This document shows positions 40,630-54,470 of a stretch of DNA of 64,000 bases, one piece after another. Within the stretch, counting starts at the first letter, position 1. The number at the start of each line of letters is the position of its first letter. The notes under the pieces are model-generated. The model was not told the origin of the DNA and made no database searches. It was given only the letters and a program-made list of their open reading frames with translations. This DNA is from Octopus vulgaris. Its lineage: Eukaryota. Both the position numbers and the translations under genes were made by a program. The stretch spans positions 86,800,001-86,864,000 of the forward strand of contig OX597822.1 of assembly GCA_951406725.2 (NCBI GenBank), in the 5' to 3' direction.

Positions 40630-40784
40630 GGCCGTATAGACCAATTATGTTGTATAATTAACTGTAAAAATGAAACTAAAATGATAAACTATGAAGATGT
40701 ACCAGTCTCCGTATTCTTTGTAATTGTTCTGGATTTATGACTGGTTCTGCTCGTTTCAGCGAAATTTCGAAATGTAAAAGATCC

Positions 40785-41083
40785 TTTTCTACTCTAGGCA
40801 CAAGGCCTGAAGTTTTCGGGGGGGGGGGGGGCAGTCGATTAGACCGGCCCCAGTACGCAACTGCTACTTAATTTGTTGACCTCGGTGGAATTTGAACTCA
40901 GAACGTAAAGGCTAACGTTTCTTATTTCTTTATTGCCCACAAGGGGTTAAACATAGAGGGGCAAACAAGGACAGATAAAGGGATTAAGTAGATTTCATTG
41001 ACTCCAGTGCGTAACTGGTACTTAATTTATCGACTCCGAAATTTAAACTCAGAACGTAAAAACAGGCGAAATACCGCCTTCGA
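40785..41083 (-). mobile_element. Two adjacent deleted SINE family A copies
   Basis: GGAATTTGAACTCAGAACGTAA and CCAGTGCGTAACTGGTACTTAATTTATCGAC match family A in reverse. Confidence 0.8.
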
Positions 41084-41833
41084 AATGTAAAATATTGCAA
41101 ATGATTTTGTGTTCGCCTTTGCGTATTTAAAAAAAAAAATTGTACGTTTAAAGATTGTCTGTAAAAATAAACAAGATTACTAAGTAATAAAAAAGCAATA
41201 AAATGGAAAAAATTCCAAAGATTATGAAATTCTACTGTTAGACATGTAATGCTCTTATGCATTGGCAGAAGCATGGCAATTGTTTTGTGTTACTTAAGGG
41301 TGGGTTACTTGAAGACAGTGATTTAGCACAAGTGTTGAGGGTAGAATTGCAGACTTATTACTGAGGGGCTTTTGAGCCGAGTGAAGTAAAAGTGAAGAAT
41401 CGAGAGTAAAGTAAATCCCAAAGTGAAGGAATGGAAATAAGGAATAGCTGTATAGAGGGAACAGGAGGAATCGAAGTGTGTTTATTATGTTTGATCTTTC
41501 ACATAAACCTAGTTTTTTTTGTTTTGTTTTATTCTTCTGTCTTTCTCGCTGCATTTTTGTTTCGATGGCTCGGCCTGACACACTTAATTCCAAACAACGT
41601 CCAACCCCCCAACCACGCATCTCTTTACCACTTTTTGCACTCCACAACTCCCAACATCACAACAGAAACCATCACCATCACCACAACCACAACCACCACC
41701 AGAAATACACTCATCACGACCATCATCACAACTGCCATCACCACTGTCGTCGTTGTTATCATCACCTCTTTCCACCACCACCACCACCACCATCATCATC
41801 ACCACCACCACCTCCACCACCATTTCCACCATC

Positions 41834-41866
<33 letters not shown>

Positions 41867-42240
41867 TTTTCATCATCATCTTCATCATCATCCATCATCA
41901 TCATTTTTCATCATCATCATCATCAGTTTGTCACCATCACATGCTGTGTAGACATTCAAACATTATTCACTACCTTTTCAAATCTTGTAGCATTTCACAT
42001 GGAATATTTCCCCTTCTAAAGTCGTATTAGAACTATCTTTTGTGGCTGAAAATTTTGGTCGCAAAAGTTCGACTTCTATACCAGGAAATAAGGCATAATA
42101 TTCTGGTCAACGCACCACTTACATTGCATTTCACATCCCATTTCATGACTGGAAACGTGTACCAGATGTGAGGTGTCAGCTGTTATAATTAAAAAAATAA
42201 CACTCTCTCTCTGGTATTGAGTGCTGTCTTACTCTTCCAC

Positions 42241-42308
<68 letters not shown>

Positions 42309-42833
42309 TGTTCATATTGCTGCTCAATCAGGGGTTGACCTGGAGGAGGTAAACGAATACCATTAAGCTTATGTAAACTGGGGAACCGCGGTAGTATTTT
42401 CAGGGTCCATGAAAAAGATTTAGCTTTCGGTGTATTTATTGCAAGAAACAGCGAAGTTTCTTTCACAAACATTTTACATAGTTCAACTTACACGAGTTAT
42501 TGTGCGAAGAACAAAATAGGAATTTAGAAAAGAAGGTCTATAAAACTAGTTTTTAAACTTTGAATTGCTATGGGGGTCCACCAGAACAGAATAGGAATAA
42601 AGGGGTCCATAGATAAAAAATGGTTGAGAACCACTGAGTAGAAGATCTTATTTTTTTGGCGTGCTAAATACTAAATAGATTGATGTAGCAAAGTGAAAAT
42701 GTGAAGGTGATGAAGATAGCGGAGACAAAATACGAACCCTCGACTCATCTGCTGGTGATGCCAGTACTCTAACCATTCGCCCAGCTGCGACTCTCAGACA
42801 ATACATGCACGCGCACGCACACACACATGCATG

Positions 42834-42864
<31 letters not shown>

Positions 42865-42979
42865 TCTGATTCACATCTGCCATTATTATCTTCTAGAACT
42901 AATCTTCCACGCACACACACACACGCTCGCTCGTATCATGTATGTATGCGTGTGTGTATATATATGTATGCGTATATAA

Positions 42980-43033
<54 letters not shown>

Positions 43034-43346
43034 ATGAATATATATTTATATATGCTCATACTTATTCGAACATGTAATTTAGACATATATATATATATAT
43101 ATGGGTGGATTTGTATATATGTACATATATTACATGCAAACATGTATACATACATTTATATATATATATAAATATATATCTAAGTATTTATACATATGCA
43201 GGCATCAACCACCACCAGAAATACACTCATCACGACCATCATCACAACTGCCATCACCACTGTCGTCGTTGTTATCATCACCTCTTTCCACCACCACCAC
43301 CACCACCATCATCATCACCACCACCACCTCCACCACCACCACCATC

Positions 43347-43379
<33 letters not shown>

Positions 43380-43391
43380 TTCATCATCATC

Positions 43392-43422
<31 letters not shown>

Positions 43423-43438
43423 CCATCACCATCATCAC

Positions 43439-43485
<47 letters not shown>

Positions 43486-43793
43486 ACAACAATAGGTCTA
43501 TCCAAATCGTCAATGTCAGCAGCCCATACGAAACATTGGTCGGGTAAAAGTTGTTTCGAAACGGCATCTTCTGCCACCCGCCTCCAACTCCATTCCTTGC
43601 CAATTTCATGCACTCCATAATTCGAGACACACTGGTTGAAAAATTAATTCTTCTCTGAGAATGGCAAGATTATCACTGACTGCCTGTCTGTCAGTCAGTT
43701 TGTATTATGTATGTGAGTATTAAGTATGAGCATGCGTGTGTGTGTGTGTGTATGTGTGTGTGTGTGTGTGCGCGCGCGCGTGTGTGTGTGTGC

Positions 43794-43863
<70 letters not shown>

Positions 43864-44181
43864 GCGTGTGATATGTAGAATACCGACTACATCTGCGGCG
43901 GTCGGCCAGTTTCCTGATGTTACCTTCATTCTTTTTTTTTTTCCCACTGATTTCCCACCGTGTCTTCTTGCTATCTGGACGCAGCAACCAGCATCATCTC
44001 TTCTCTCTCGCCATATGTTTTACATTAAATTCCATTTCCTGATGCCGACCACAACGACATCATCATCATCATCATCGCTCATCTTTTCCTTTTCTCTTCC
44101 TACCACTTCTCTTTACAGCCACTCGCTGTTGTTATCCCCTGCTTTATCTCCCACGTGTATATACGTGCATGTACACAGCTT

Positions 44182-44227
<46 letters not shown>

Positions 44228-44295
44228 GCACACACACACACGCTCGCTCGTATATGTATGTATGCGTGTGTGTATATATATGTATGCGTATATAA

Positions 44296-44341
<46 letters not shown>

Positions 44342-44709
44342 ATGAATATATATTTATATATGCTCATACTTATTCGAACATGTAATTTAGACATATATAT
44401 ATATATGGGTGGATTTGTATATATGTACATATATTACATGCAAACGTGTATACATACATTTATATATATATATAAATATATATCTAAGTATTTATACATA
44501 TGCAGGCATCATACACACGTACATTACATACATACATACACACATATATACATACAGATAAATAATGAATATCAATATATTAAGAAACTTTTTGCTGTGC
44601 TTAAATTATCATATCCCTATTTCACTTACCTGACTCCCATTGTTGCATCTCTTTCTCATTCCTATTTCCTTCCCTACACCTCGATTCTCTTTCTGTTTAA
44701 TGTCTCCGA

Positions 44710-44772
<63 letters not shown>

Positions 44773-45334
44773 TCAACAGTCACACATATACCCGTACATC
44801 TACACATAATCAAAGTCCTCCCACTTTTCAATGCCAGGAATAATATGTTGCCCCTTCCCCGTGTTAATTACTGGTGAAGCTGAACATATTATTCTAGATA
44901 GAAAAAGTAATGAGATGGGTTCAGTCCGGTGTAATCTGTTGGCTTAGGGACCGTGTCGGCCCCTAGAGTAATGAGATTCAGATTTCAGGGGCAAAAAAGA
45001 CAAAAGTGTAATTAATTCTTCGCTGCAAGATGTCGACTGAGGAGAATTCAACGCTTCAGGCTCTGGTCTTTAAAAATACGAAAAAAAAAAAATGTGTGTG
45101 TGTAAGAAAGGGAGAGAGGAAGAGTGAGAGGAGAAAGGGTTAAGAAAAGTGAATGTTGGTTTATGGTTCCGCATATCTCATCCAAAATGTGACATGAGGG
45201 TGATTTGGCTACATTTTCTAGAAGGTTTAATGACCACAGTGATGCTTCTTGTTATTGCTATTCAGTTCAAGACTCTCATGCACATATACACACATAAGCA
45301 TGCATACATACATACAGATACAGACAGACAGATA

Positions 45335-45398
<64 letters not shown>

Positions 45399-45949
45399 TG
45401 ATGGGGTTCGGGATCTATTCAATTTGACGGCCAGATTGAAAAAAATTGTTTTTAACTAAACACTTTGAAACTTCAGATACTGGTAGAATGTGTCACATAG
45501 GACAGGGTTTACTCGTAATGTTTTTGACAAAATTTTGTATTTTAGAAGTTATTTCGTGTTAAAGTTTTCGTATTTGAGTAATTTTAACCAATCAATGACC
45601 TGTATTCAGCTGAAGAATTTTACTGCTGCTGTTTGTGAACAACTTCCGGGTCCGTTACATACACACACACACATTAATAATAGGCAGAAGTTACAGAGTG
45701 ACAATGGCCAAATTCGTGTTTGATATGTGTCAATGATATACATATATAGCGATAATATATACACATACATATATGTGTAAAAAAAATCTCATTACGCAGT
45801 TTTTGATGATAGGTTTGCTGTATCAGGGTTGATTTGAGGCTAAATAATAACAAAATTATGTTCCTTAGTGAAAATCGTGCGGGTGAAAAGATCAATGGGG
45901 ATGGGGGTTGAAATTTCTGAGGCTTCCACCTCACCTCACCCCGTTTTTC

Positions 45950-46585
45950 GGAACCCAAAAGGGTTTTGTAACATATATTCAAGAACAACAGATCTTCAAG
46001 TATCTACAGCTTGAAAGGTGGAAAACGTTGACAGACAACGATTGTAGGCTGTGCAAAACTAAGACTAAAGGCATCAGCCACATTGTTTCCAACTGCGAGA
46101 GAATGTCTTCCAAATATTATCTTCTCATGAAGCCTGATGCGATGACCAGAACAGTCAGGAACAGGATAACAATAGAAAAAAACCCCTACAGACGAAGTTG
46201 ACTTTATTGAGACTAATGGTTCAAAAGAATATTTGTTGAACTTCGAAATAAAAGACCCGTCAAATTAAAACACAGCTGGCCAGATATTATGGTGTGTGAC
46301 CACAAGGAAAAGATATGTTCTATTGTGGAAATCTGCTGTCCTCTGGACACCAATGTAGTTAGAAAAATAGAAGAGAAAGAGGACATCTATGGATCTTGAT
46401 ACACTTTTAATGTCATACCTATTATTATTGGAGCAACAGGGTACATACCGAGTCGTCTGGGGCACAGTATGGCTGAACTTATTATCATGGGGTGAGAACA
46501 CAACCCCTTGATTCATACGCTGCAAATGATCACGATATCTGGGGCCATTAAAATCTGCAAGACCTTAAGATTTAAAGGATGATAA
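45950..46585 (+). mobile_element. Decayed R4/Dong-type RLE fragment; a further partial piece lies at ~46650-46850
   Basis: IQEQQI, CRLCK..TKGISHIVSNC, WPDIMVCDHKEKICSIVEICCPLD, IPIIIGATG. Confidence 0.78.
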
Positions 46586-47948
46586 ACAAAGCAAGATGCC
46601 TTCCGCCAGAATCTCGCTACCAAGCAGTTGCCCGGTCAAAATTTATTCTAAAGGAGAAAGCGAACACATAGTGCAAAGATTGAAGACTGGATAATGTTTG
46701 GAACAAACAAGATAAAGTATAGACTGTCATACAGGTCAGCTGCTCTGTTGATGTGAATATCGTTTCGAAAATCAAAAGCAAAGAGGATAACAACGGATAG
46801 CTGCTTCGAAACATCGAGCTCCTATATCTACATTATAAATTCACATTTAGGCAAATAATAAGTTGTGCATTTAATTTTGCGAGTAAAAACCCAAGCAACA
46901 ATCGGGATAAGCTCGGGTTTTCAGAACAAAGGAATCAACCAACTTAACCCTTATATTAGAAATACAATTTGTAAGCAGAAAAATAAAAATGTGAATTTGT
47001 TTTTGCCTACATTCCAACTATGAAGCTTTGTACCTTTGTTAACAGCCAGCTCCTACCTTACAGGAAAACTTCAAATAATTAAAAATAAAAGAGAAGACGC
47101 ATACACATACATATTTACATATATATATTTACAAACACCCGCGCACACACACACACACACGCAAGGTTAAAAGCCACACTCCATGCGGACTTTTAAGTTA
47201 GCTCCTGTGGAGGGCTATTTGGGCTTTCAGCCCAAAACTGAAGAGAGCAATAGTAAAACATTTATCTCAGATTTATGTCACAGAGTATCACAATTGGAGA
47301 ATTTTGCATCACTGTGACATTTGGCGATCATTGTAAAGCAGCAGGATGAACAATATTCTTTGTTGACGGATAGAATGTTGCGTTTATTATTGTAGGTAAT
47401 AGAGGTAACTGTCACAAAGTTTGGGTATTAAATCCAAAAAGCTGACACAGAATGTTGCGTTTATTATTATAGCTAAGGGAGGGAATTCTTGTAAACCATT
47501 TAAAACCTCTCACGGTTGCTTTACCTGCTAGAAATAGCAACCCAAATGCTCTTACTTCCGATCCCAGTGCTGGATGTTCAAGAACCAAATGACGGTCAGA
47601 TTTTCAATCTTGGGATCATCCTGATTCCAATAAGGTATAATATTAGCGTGTCTGACAGGTTTTGATCGCGGGTCTTTCGTGCATTGATATGAACGTCAAC
47701 TAAGTTGAAGTGTCGATTGGCTGTGTGACATTGCAACAGTGTTCCCCGTGCTGTTGTGCTTGTTTCACTTCAGATCAGCCTTGATCAAGCAGATCTATTA
47801 TAATAAGCATCCCTCATGCGATCTTCGTGCCTTTTTTCAAGACATAAGACATGCAGAATTACAGCAGCCAACGCTTCCTTCCTTTCTCAGAACAATAGTG
47901 TATGATTTGAGGAATATTTAGCTTCTATTTTTAAAACTTCAAGCAACA

Positions 47949-48167
47949 TACGATGGGGTGCTGAAAAGCTCCTGGCTTTGGGTAAAAGAAAATACAGGAT
48001 GGTCAGTTAACTGATTTTATTCTCCATATTCCCCTCTCAGATTCACACACTTATTGCAGTGGTCCTTCAGTTTTTCTAAGCCCTGTAAAAGAACTTGGAA
48101 GGGTGGACCACTGACTAGGTCTTACGCGATACCCTTAAAACCAGCAACTTTGCAGCATCTCCTCGTA
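47949..48167 (+). mobile_element. Mariner-derived MITE
   Basis: TACGATGGGGTGCTGAAAAG / CTTTGCAGCATCTCCTCGTA terminal inverted repeats with TA ends. Confidence 0.78.
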
Positions 48168-48849
48168 TATATGTTCCCTTATTGCTGCTATTTAACTTCA
48201 ATTTTTCCCTGATCGAATAAATTTAAGATGATTGATGCTATAACCTTGACAATCTCATCTTTTTGAAAAGCAGGACGTTATTATGCAATATATCCTTTTA
48301 AAAGATGGTAACGTGTAATTTAAGAAAACTTTGGCTGATATTTCTAGTCGGTCTAGTAACTACATAGTGGTTCTCTTGTGTTGCTTAGCTTCTGGTCATC
48401 CGTCCTTGCGTTGAGTCGTCTTCATATTCTTACTTACTATTTGTAATAATGCCAGTATTAACTGGGATAACGTTGTTTAATCCCAAGTCAGTACTGACCA
48501 AGCAGATTTATAATTTAAAGGAATTCCAGCTATGACCATCACCAATTTTTCATAGATTATGAAAGGTAGACTACATCAAACTGCCCCCTTTATTTAAGAT
48601 ACTAAAGTGTGATTTGGTGGAGTTTCGGTCTCTGTTTCTGGTTCGAGTTATTGTTGTTGCTAGTTGAAATGGTATGGAAACTTTTCAATCATTTGAAGAC
48701 ATCAAAATTGAAGTGTAGTACCAAAGTGTCGTCTTGCATGCACGGCTTTGTCAGTGAAGATAGTATCTCCTGGGAAACTCAAGCCCCTTGATAACTTATA
48801 CTCTAGCATCAATATTGATTATATATTTCCTTTGCCCACTTGATCTGAT

Positions 48850-49800
48850 AAAGGCGTAATAAAAGGTGTTGTTATCACACCTAACTTACAGAACGATTTC
48901 ATCCTTGCTTCTTGAATAAAAAATTACTTAACAAGTTCTGACCGGAATCTTTCCATTCGAAAATAGCATAGATTTTGCAATATGTGTGATTGTGCGTGTT
49001 ATTACAAACATTGTGAAACTGTTTGCACGAATTATTTGGTTTCCCCATGAAGGTGTATGATGACGCGGAACTATGAAACATCGTAATTTTCATTTGTTTA
49101 CTTTGAATGGAGGTTTTTATAGAGACGAGGGACTGCTAAATGCGCATAATATGAATGACCTTCAGTTAGACTAAGAAAAGGTCTAAAGCTCTTTACTGTT
49201 TTAGTTTTAAGAATCACAGTTGATAGCATTCTTAATATTGTTAATTATTTAAATATCGTTTCATACTTAGGCATGAATAAACCCTGCAGTTAGAGAAAAG
49301 CTAACAAGGAATTATTTCATATAAACAAGAATTCCAGTTACCACCCCATTATTTTTGTAAATCACATTTTAAATATTATCTCTTAAATATCAATGGATGA
49401 GGGAGACTCATCTTTTAGCGTTTCGCATTATAACGAGGCTTTACTTAATAACAATTTTTCTGATAAAACAAAATATACTATGCTCTATTCTCCTAAGTGT
49501 AAGAATATATCAAAAATATCCTGCAATGTGATTCAACTTTCAATTTTAATGCAAGAACAAATATCGCCAGGGAATTTCTAAATTTAGTTTCATTTTAGTT
49601 TTCATCAAACCATAAACATATCATTTTCAGAATCGAAGTTAAAATTTGGCCATTTCAACTAAAAAAAGACTCTCCGACAATAATAATAAAACATCTTTTC
49701 CTAACTGTAATTGTATTGTTCCGAAAAACTCTACACAGAACAATAATTACCTTTCGAAATCATTGCTTTATTGCACAAACTCTCAGATAATAAATAGCAT
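48850..49800 (+). mobile_element. Very old Penelope RT relic
   Basis: PMKVYDDAEL, GGFYRDEGL, INKNSSYHP, HYNEALLNNNF, RTNIAREFLNLV. Confidence 0.65.
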
Positions 49801-49904
49801 TGTATTTATACTGGATTAGGTGAGAAAAAATCCTTCTTTACCTTTTCCGCTTAATTTCTCTATATTCTTGTCCCTAAACAGCATAATCCCATTTACCACT
49901 TTCA

Positions 49905-50165
49905 TTTTTAATATTGTGTGCCAAGGTTATGTCAAACATTAAAAAATCAATTGGTTTCAGTTTTTGGTACAAGGTCATCTGTTTTTAGGGAACGAGTTTG
50001 TCAATTGCATCGACTTCAATACTTGATTGGTACTTTACTTTATCGACACCGAAAGCTTGAAAAGCAAAGTTTACCATGGCAGAGTTTGAACTCAGAATGT
50101 AAAGGACCGGAAGAAATATTACAAACACTTCTTCCGATGCTCTAACGATTCGGCCAGCTCGCAAC
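49905..50165 (-). mobile_element. Degenerate SINE family A
   Basis: TTTGAACTCAGAA...CTAACGATTCGGCCAGCTCG in reverse orientation; similar relics at ~54985-55290. Confidence 0.65.
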
Positions 50166-50379
50166 ACTTCCGTCCATATTGAAATATTTCCATTTCATCT
50201 GCTGAAACGACTGTCATATTTTCTATTTTTTTTATATCTTCATCTGAAGATCAACAACTAGAAACTTGGAGCAATGATTTTTGAAGTTTTAGCTGCCAAT
50301 AACCAGTAACACATTATTTTCAGTATTGAGTACTGTATTTTCTCCTTAAGTACCACCCATATATTTACATACACATACA

Positions 50380-50410
<31 letters not shown>

Positions 50411-51214
50411 CACGCACACATTCAATTTTGTCAAAGCAGATGACTAGTTTCGGCAAGAAAAATGTCCCAAGCCGACGTTTAATGATATTTAATATTTTTC
50501 ATAACAGTCTCTTAGGCGGCATTGATTTCTATATAAATAAGACAGTTCTCGCAGAGAACAGGCAAATCTGTAACCAAGATGTATCTGGTTTATCGTTTAA
50601 ATTCCGAATTTCAGACGGTTCTGCAAAGGAGATGAATATTTTCTGTCATAATAAATAATAACTTTCTTCTTATTGAAACGTATAATTTCTTTTATCTACC
50701 AAGTCTTTTGGACAAACATATGTGTACCGTATTTTGCTGATGATAAAAGACGGAAGATGATTAAAGATATAATGTGTGTTTGTTATCTCCACCAGATTCA
50801 CTGGGATGCAGATAAGAAGCAGAAGCAGTGTCGCTTTAGACACGTAACTTTTCAACTTCCAATAAATTAAGTCAGTTGCGCAAAACGCCAAACTCTTCCT
50901 AATAATATCACCCCAACTTGTTTATCTTTAAACAGAGGTTGGGTTATTTTTAGTGTTTTTATTTAGGAGGAACCCTCTTTTTTTTATTTTAGTTTTTATT
51001 ATTAATTCTCTACCAGAGATCCTCAAAACATCTCAACTATGGGTTGGGTTTCTTTAAAGTTGATATTATTATCACCGTCCAAAAATATTAAAATCAAAAA
51101 CAAACTCGAAACTAAAATGTCTTATATTTCTAAGACACCCCACCCCAACACACACACACACACACACACACATGCGCGCGCATCTATAATCCGAGTGTGT
51201 GCCTCTATGTGTTT

Positions 51215-51603
51215 ATCTTTTACTTGTCTCACTCATTTGATTACGGCCATGCTGGGACACCACCTACAAGAATTTTAGCCGAACGAATCAAGCTCAATAC
51301 TGAATATTTTTAAAGCTTGATACTTATTCTATCGGTGTCTTTAGCCGAAACGTTAAGTCATGAAGATTTAAACACACAAACACCGGTTGTCAAGCAGTGG
51401 TGGGTGACACAGACACAAATACACACACATGTACGCACACAAGCATACACACATATACATACACGACGGGCTTTCAGTTTCCATCTGCCAAATCCAGTTC
51501 CCGTCTGCCCAAGGCCATAGTAGAAGACACTTGCTCAAGATGCCGCGCAGTGGGACTGAACCCGGAACCATGTGGTTGGAGAGCAAGCATCCTACCACAC
51601 AGT
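51215..51603 (-). mobile_element. tRNA-derived CORE-like SINE, same family as 13530-13960
   Basis: GAAGACACTTGCTCAAG..GCAGTGGGACTGAACCCGGAACCATGTGGTTGG. Confidence 0.82.
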
Positions 51604-52829
51604 TTGTAGCCATCTTTTGTTGTTGGAGGATGTACCTTCTGTTTCATCATTCGTGTTTATAAAACAAAAAAAAAATGTGGTTCAATAAAAGTGGCATGCA
51701 AAACGGATGTGTGTATAATGACGGTATATAAATATATATGTGTCTATAATGATGATATATAAATATGTTGGGCGAGATTTAGTTACTGCTGTGCTTCATA
51801 TTTCACTACTGCACTTAACTGGGACGAGATAAAAAGGATTTAGGCTTTTGGTGATCTTTTATTTAATTTCCGAACCGCACTCAGCAGACATCAGTTAAAC
51901 AATGTCAGGAATTTCTCACAGATCCTGTTAATTCTTTCCCTCTCAACCCGAACCCCACCAGCAAAAAGAAACGACAAATACAGAACAACAAAAACCACCA
52001 CCACCAAAAACAACAACACCAACAACAGTAACAGAATATTCTTCTCGTTCTGTCTGTCTCCTCTCGTTGCTTCTATTTTAATGTGAGATGGGTTGGAAAA
52101 GTAGAAATTTAACTCGGGTATGTCAATCGTTAGTTGCAATAACATTTGCGGGTAAAAAGAGAAAAAATAATGTAAAAAAAAAGTGAAAAGGAAACACAGT
52201 AGCGATAAAGAGTCCCTAAGGCTTAATTTGATATCGGAAACAATACTTACTAAATGAAATGGTACAAATGAGATTCTTACAGCATCGAAATGTTCTTAGA
52301 CTGTGTTTGTTTTTAATTTATTTTTCTTATCCAAAGAAAAAAAAAAAAGATAGTATTTATAGTCAGTTGTTGAAATTTTGGCAGATTAAGCTTTTTTTAT
52401 GAGAATTTAACTGAAAAAAAAAAATCAAAGAAAAACAGAAAAATGATAAAACGATTAGAGTTTAGTTGCACAATGGACATAACCAAGTGTCTTATTGCTC
52501 TGTTTTCTATGGAAAACAATTATTCAAGATACGAAAGCACACATCATCACTTCATCCAAAATTTCACTGTCATGTATTAAAGGGGCGCGCGTGCACGTGT
52601 ATGTGTGTGTGTGTGTATATATGTATGTATGTATGCATGTATCTATCTGTCTGTCTGTCTGTCTATCTGTTTATCTGTCTATCTATCTGTCTATCTGTCT
52701 ATCTGTTTATCTGCCTGTCTGTCTGTCTAGCTATCCCTTTTATCTTTTCTTTTATCTTTTACTATTAATAGTTTCAGTTCGAGAGCTGTGGCCATGTTGG
52801 GAGCTCCGCCGTTAGCTTTGCCGTTCTAC

Positions 52830-54470
52830 TAGAAACCTCCTCTGATATCTGGCATTTGGTGTATGAAGGCATTTGGTGATACTATCTTCATCTGCATTTC
52901 CCGCTGCGAGTTAGATCCATCCGAAACTCTTGAATGGAAGAGTTCCAGTTTTGTTTTGAAAACTCCCATATCTACCCAAGTCGGTCTCTCAGGCTTTTTG
53001 GGAAAATATTGAAGAACTATGGGTCCTTGAAACCCAAATTGTTGTTTTATCTGGTTCTCTTTCTTGATAGCGATGTTGGGATTTTTGGTACGATGCAGTG
53101 GCACCTCATTATGCTGTTTGTTTAACTTTCAATGCCAAAGTTTGACACCAGTCATTCCAGGATTTTCTATCTCTGCATATCTTTCTCACCTTCGATCTGG
53201 GGAGTAGAGTCTCAACGTTTTGAACCTTTCCCAGTAGCCGACCTTTTAGATTGAGACGAACTTCTTTGCGTAGCTTCGCCGGATTGCTTCAAGCTCTGCA
53301 GTTAAATTTATACTATGTGGTGACCATAATTGGGAGCAGTAATCAAAACACTGATGACAAATGTTCTCTAGAGGACCATCATAGTTTCCTGTTCTCTCGT
53401 TCTGAAAATTCTAAGGATCCTCCGGTCAACCGCCTGCATTTTATTGTCAACTTAGTAATAAGCTCATGGAAAGATGCATCATTACTCATGTCAATGCTCG
53501 CGATGTTCACTGATGTTGATTCAAGGATTGAAATCCCTCCCGGGTCAGTGTATCCTGTCCGAATTTCATTCAGTTTCGCATGCTGGTAGCGCAAGGTTTG
53601 GAATTTTCTAGCATTAAACTACATGCTATTATCTTCAGCCCACCTGCATATTGCATCAAACTCCTGTTGCCGGTGCGCAACATCTCCATTGTTCTGTATC
53701 CTCTGAGAGACTTTTGCACCATTTGCATAGCTTGCAAGGGTGGCTAGTTCAGTAGCTGAGTGCATGTGTGAAGGAACTACTATGACTAACAGTGGCTCTA
53801 AGACAGAGTCCTGTGGAACACCACTCACTATTTGAGTTTCCTTGGCGATAGACCCATTGGCCACCACTGCCTGGTTTCTATCTTTTAGAAAGTTTCCCGA
53901 CTACACCGAGATCATACAGCTTGTGACATATATCAAGGCCGACTTCATCAAAGGTTTTTGCAAAGTCGAGATATATCACATGCACATTTGAGTCGTCGAG
54001 CAGCCGATTTAACACACAGACACAGGGCTATGTCAGGCAGCTTCTGTCTGGTCGAAAATTATATTTGATGTCATCCAGCAAGTCATTTTCTTGAAAGAAC
54101 CCATTTAGTTTCCTTTGGACTATTCGTTCCATCACTTAACTGATGTGTGAGGTCAGAGAGATAGGTCTATAGTTCTAAGCGTCTGCTCTGCTTCCTCCCA
54201 TATGTGTGTCGGCTTTGTGCTCTAGAACAGATTTGTCACATACGGGTTGCACTATGGACATGAAATGTTTAGGTTCCATGTCGATACCTGGTGTGGAGAG
54301 ACATTTATGCTAATCTTGCTTGAGGATCTCTTTCTGAATCGATTTCCAATTTGATTTATGACTGTTCGGACAGGAGAGATTTTGGGTGCTTCTTATAGGC
54401 TGTATATTTGTGACTCCTTGTGATCTGTCTATACATAATCAGTTCTATTATGCTGTGATCGGAGACTAGT
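52830..54470 (-). mobile_element. CR1/L2-group LINE RT, decayed
   Basis: YRPISLTS, VIYLDFAKTFD, VSGVPQDSVLEPLL, YANGAK (YADDTK-like), WAEDNSM*FN..KF. Confidence 0.88.
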
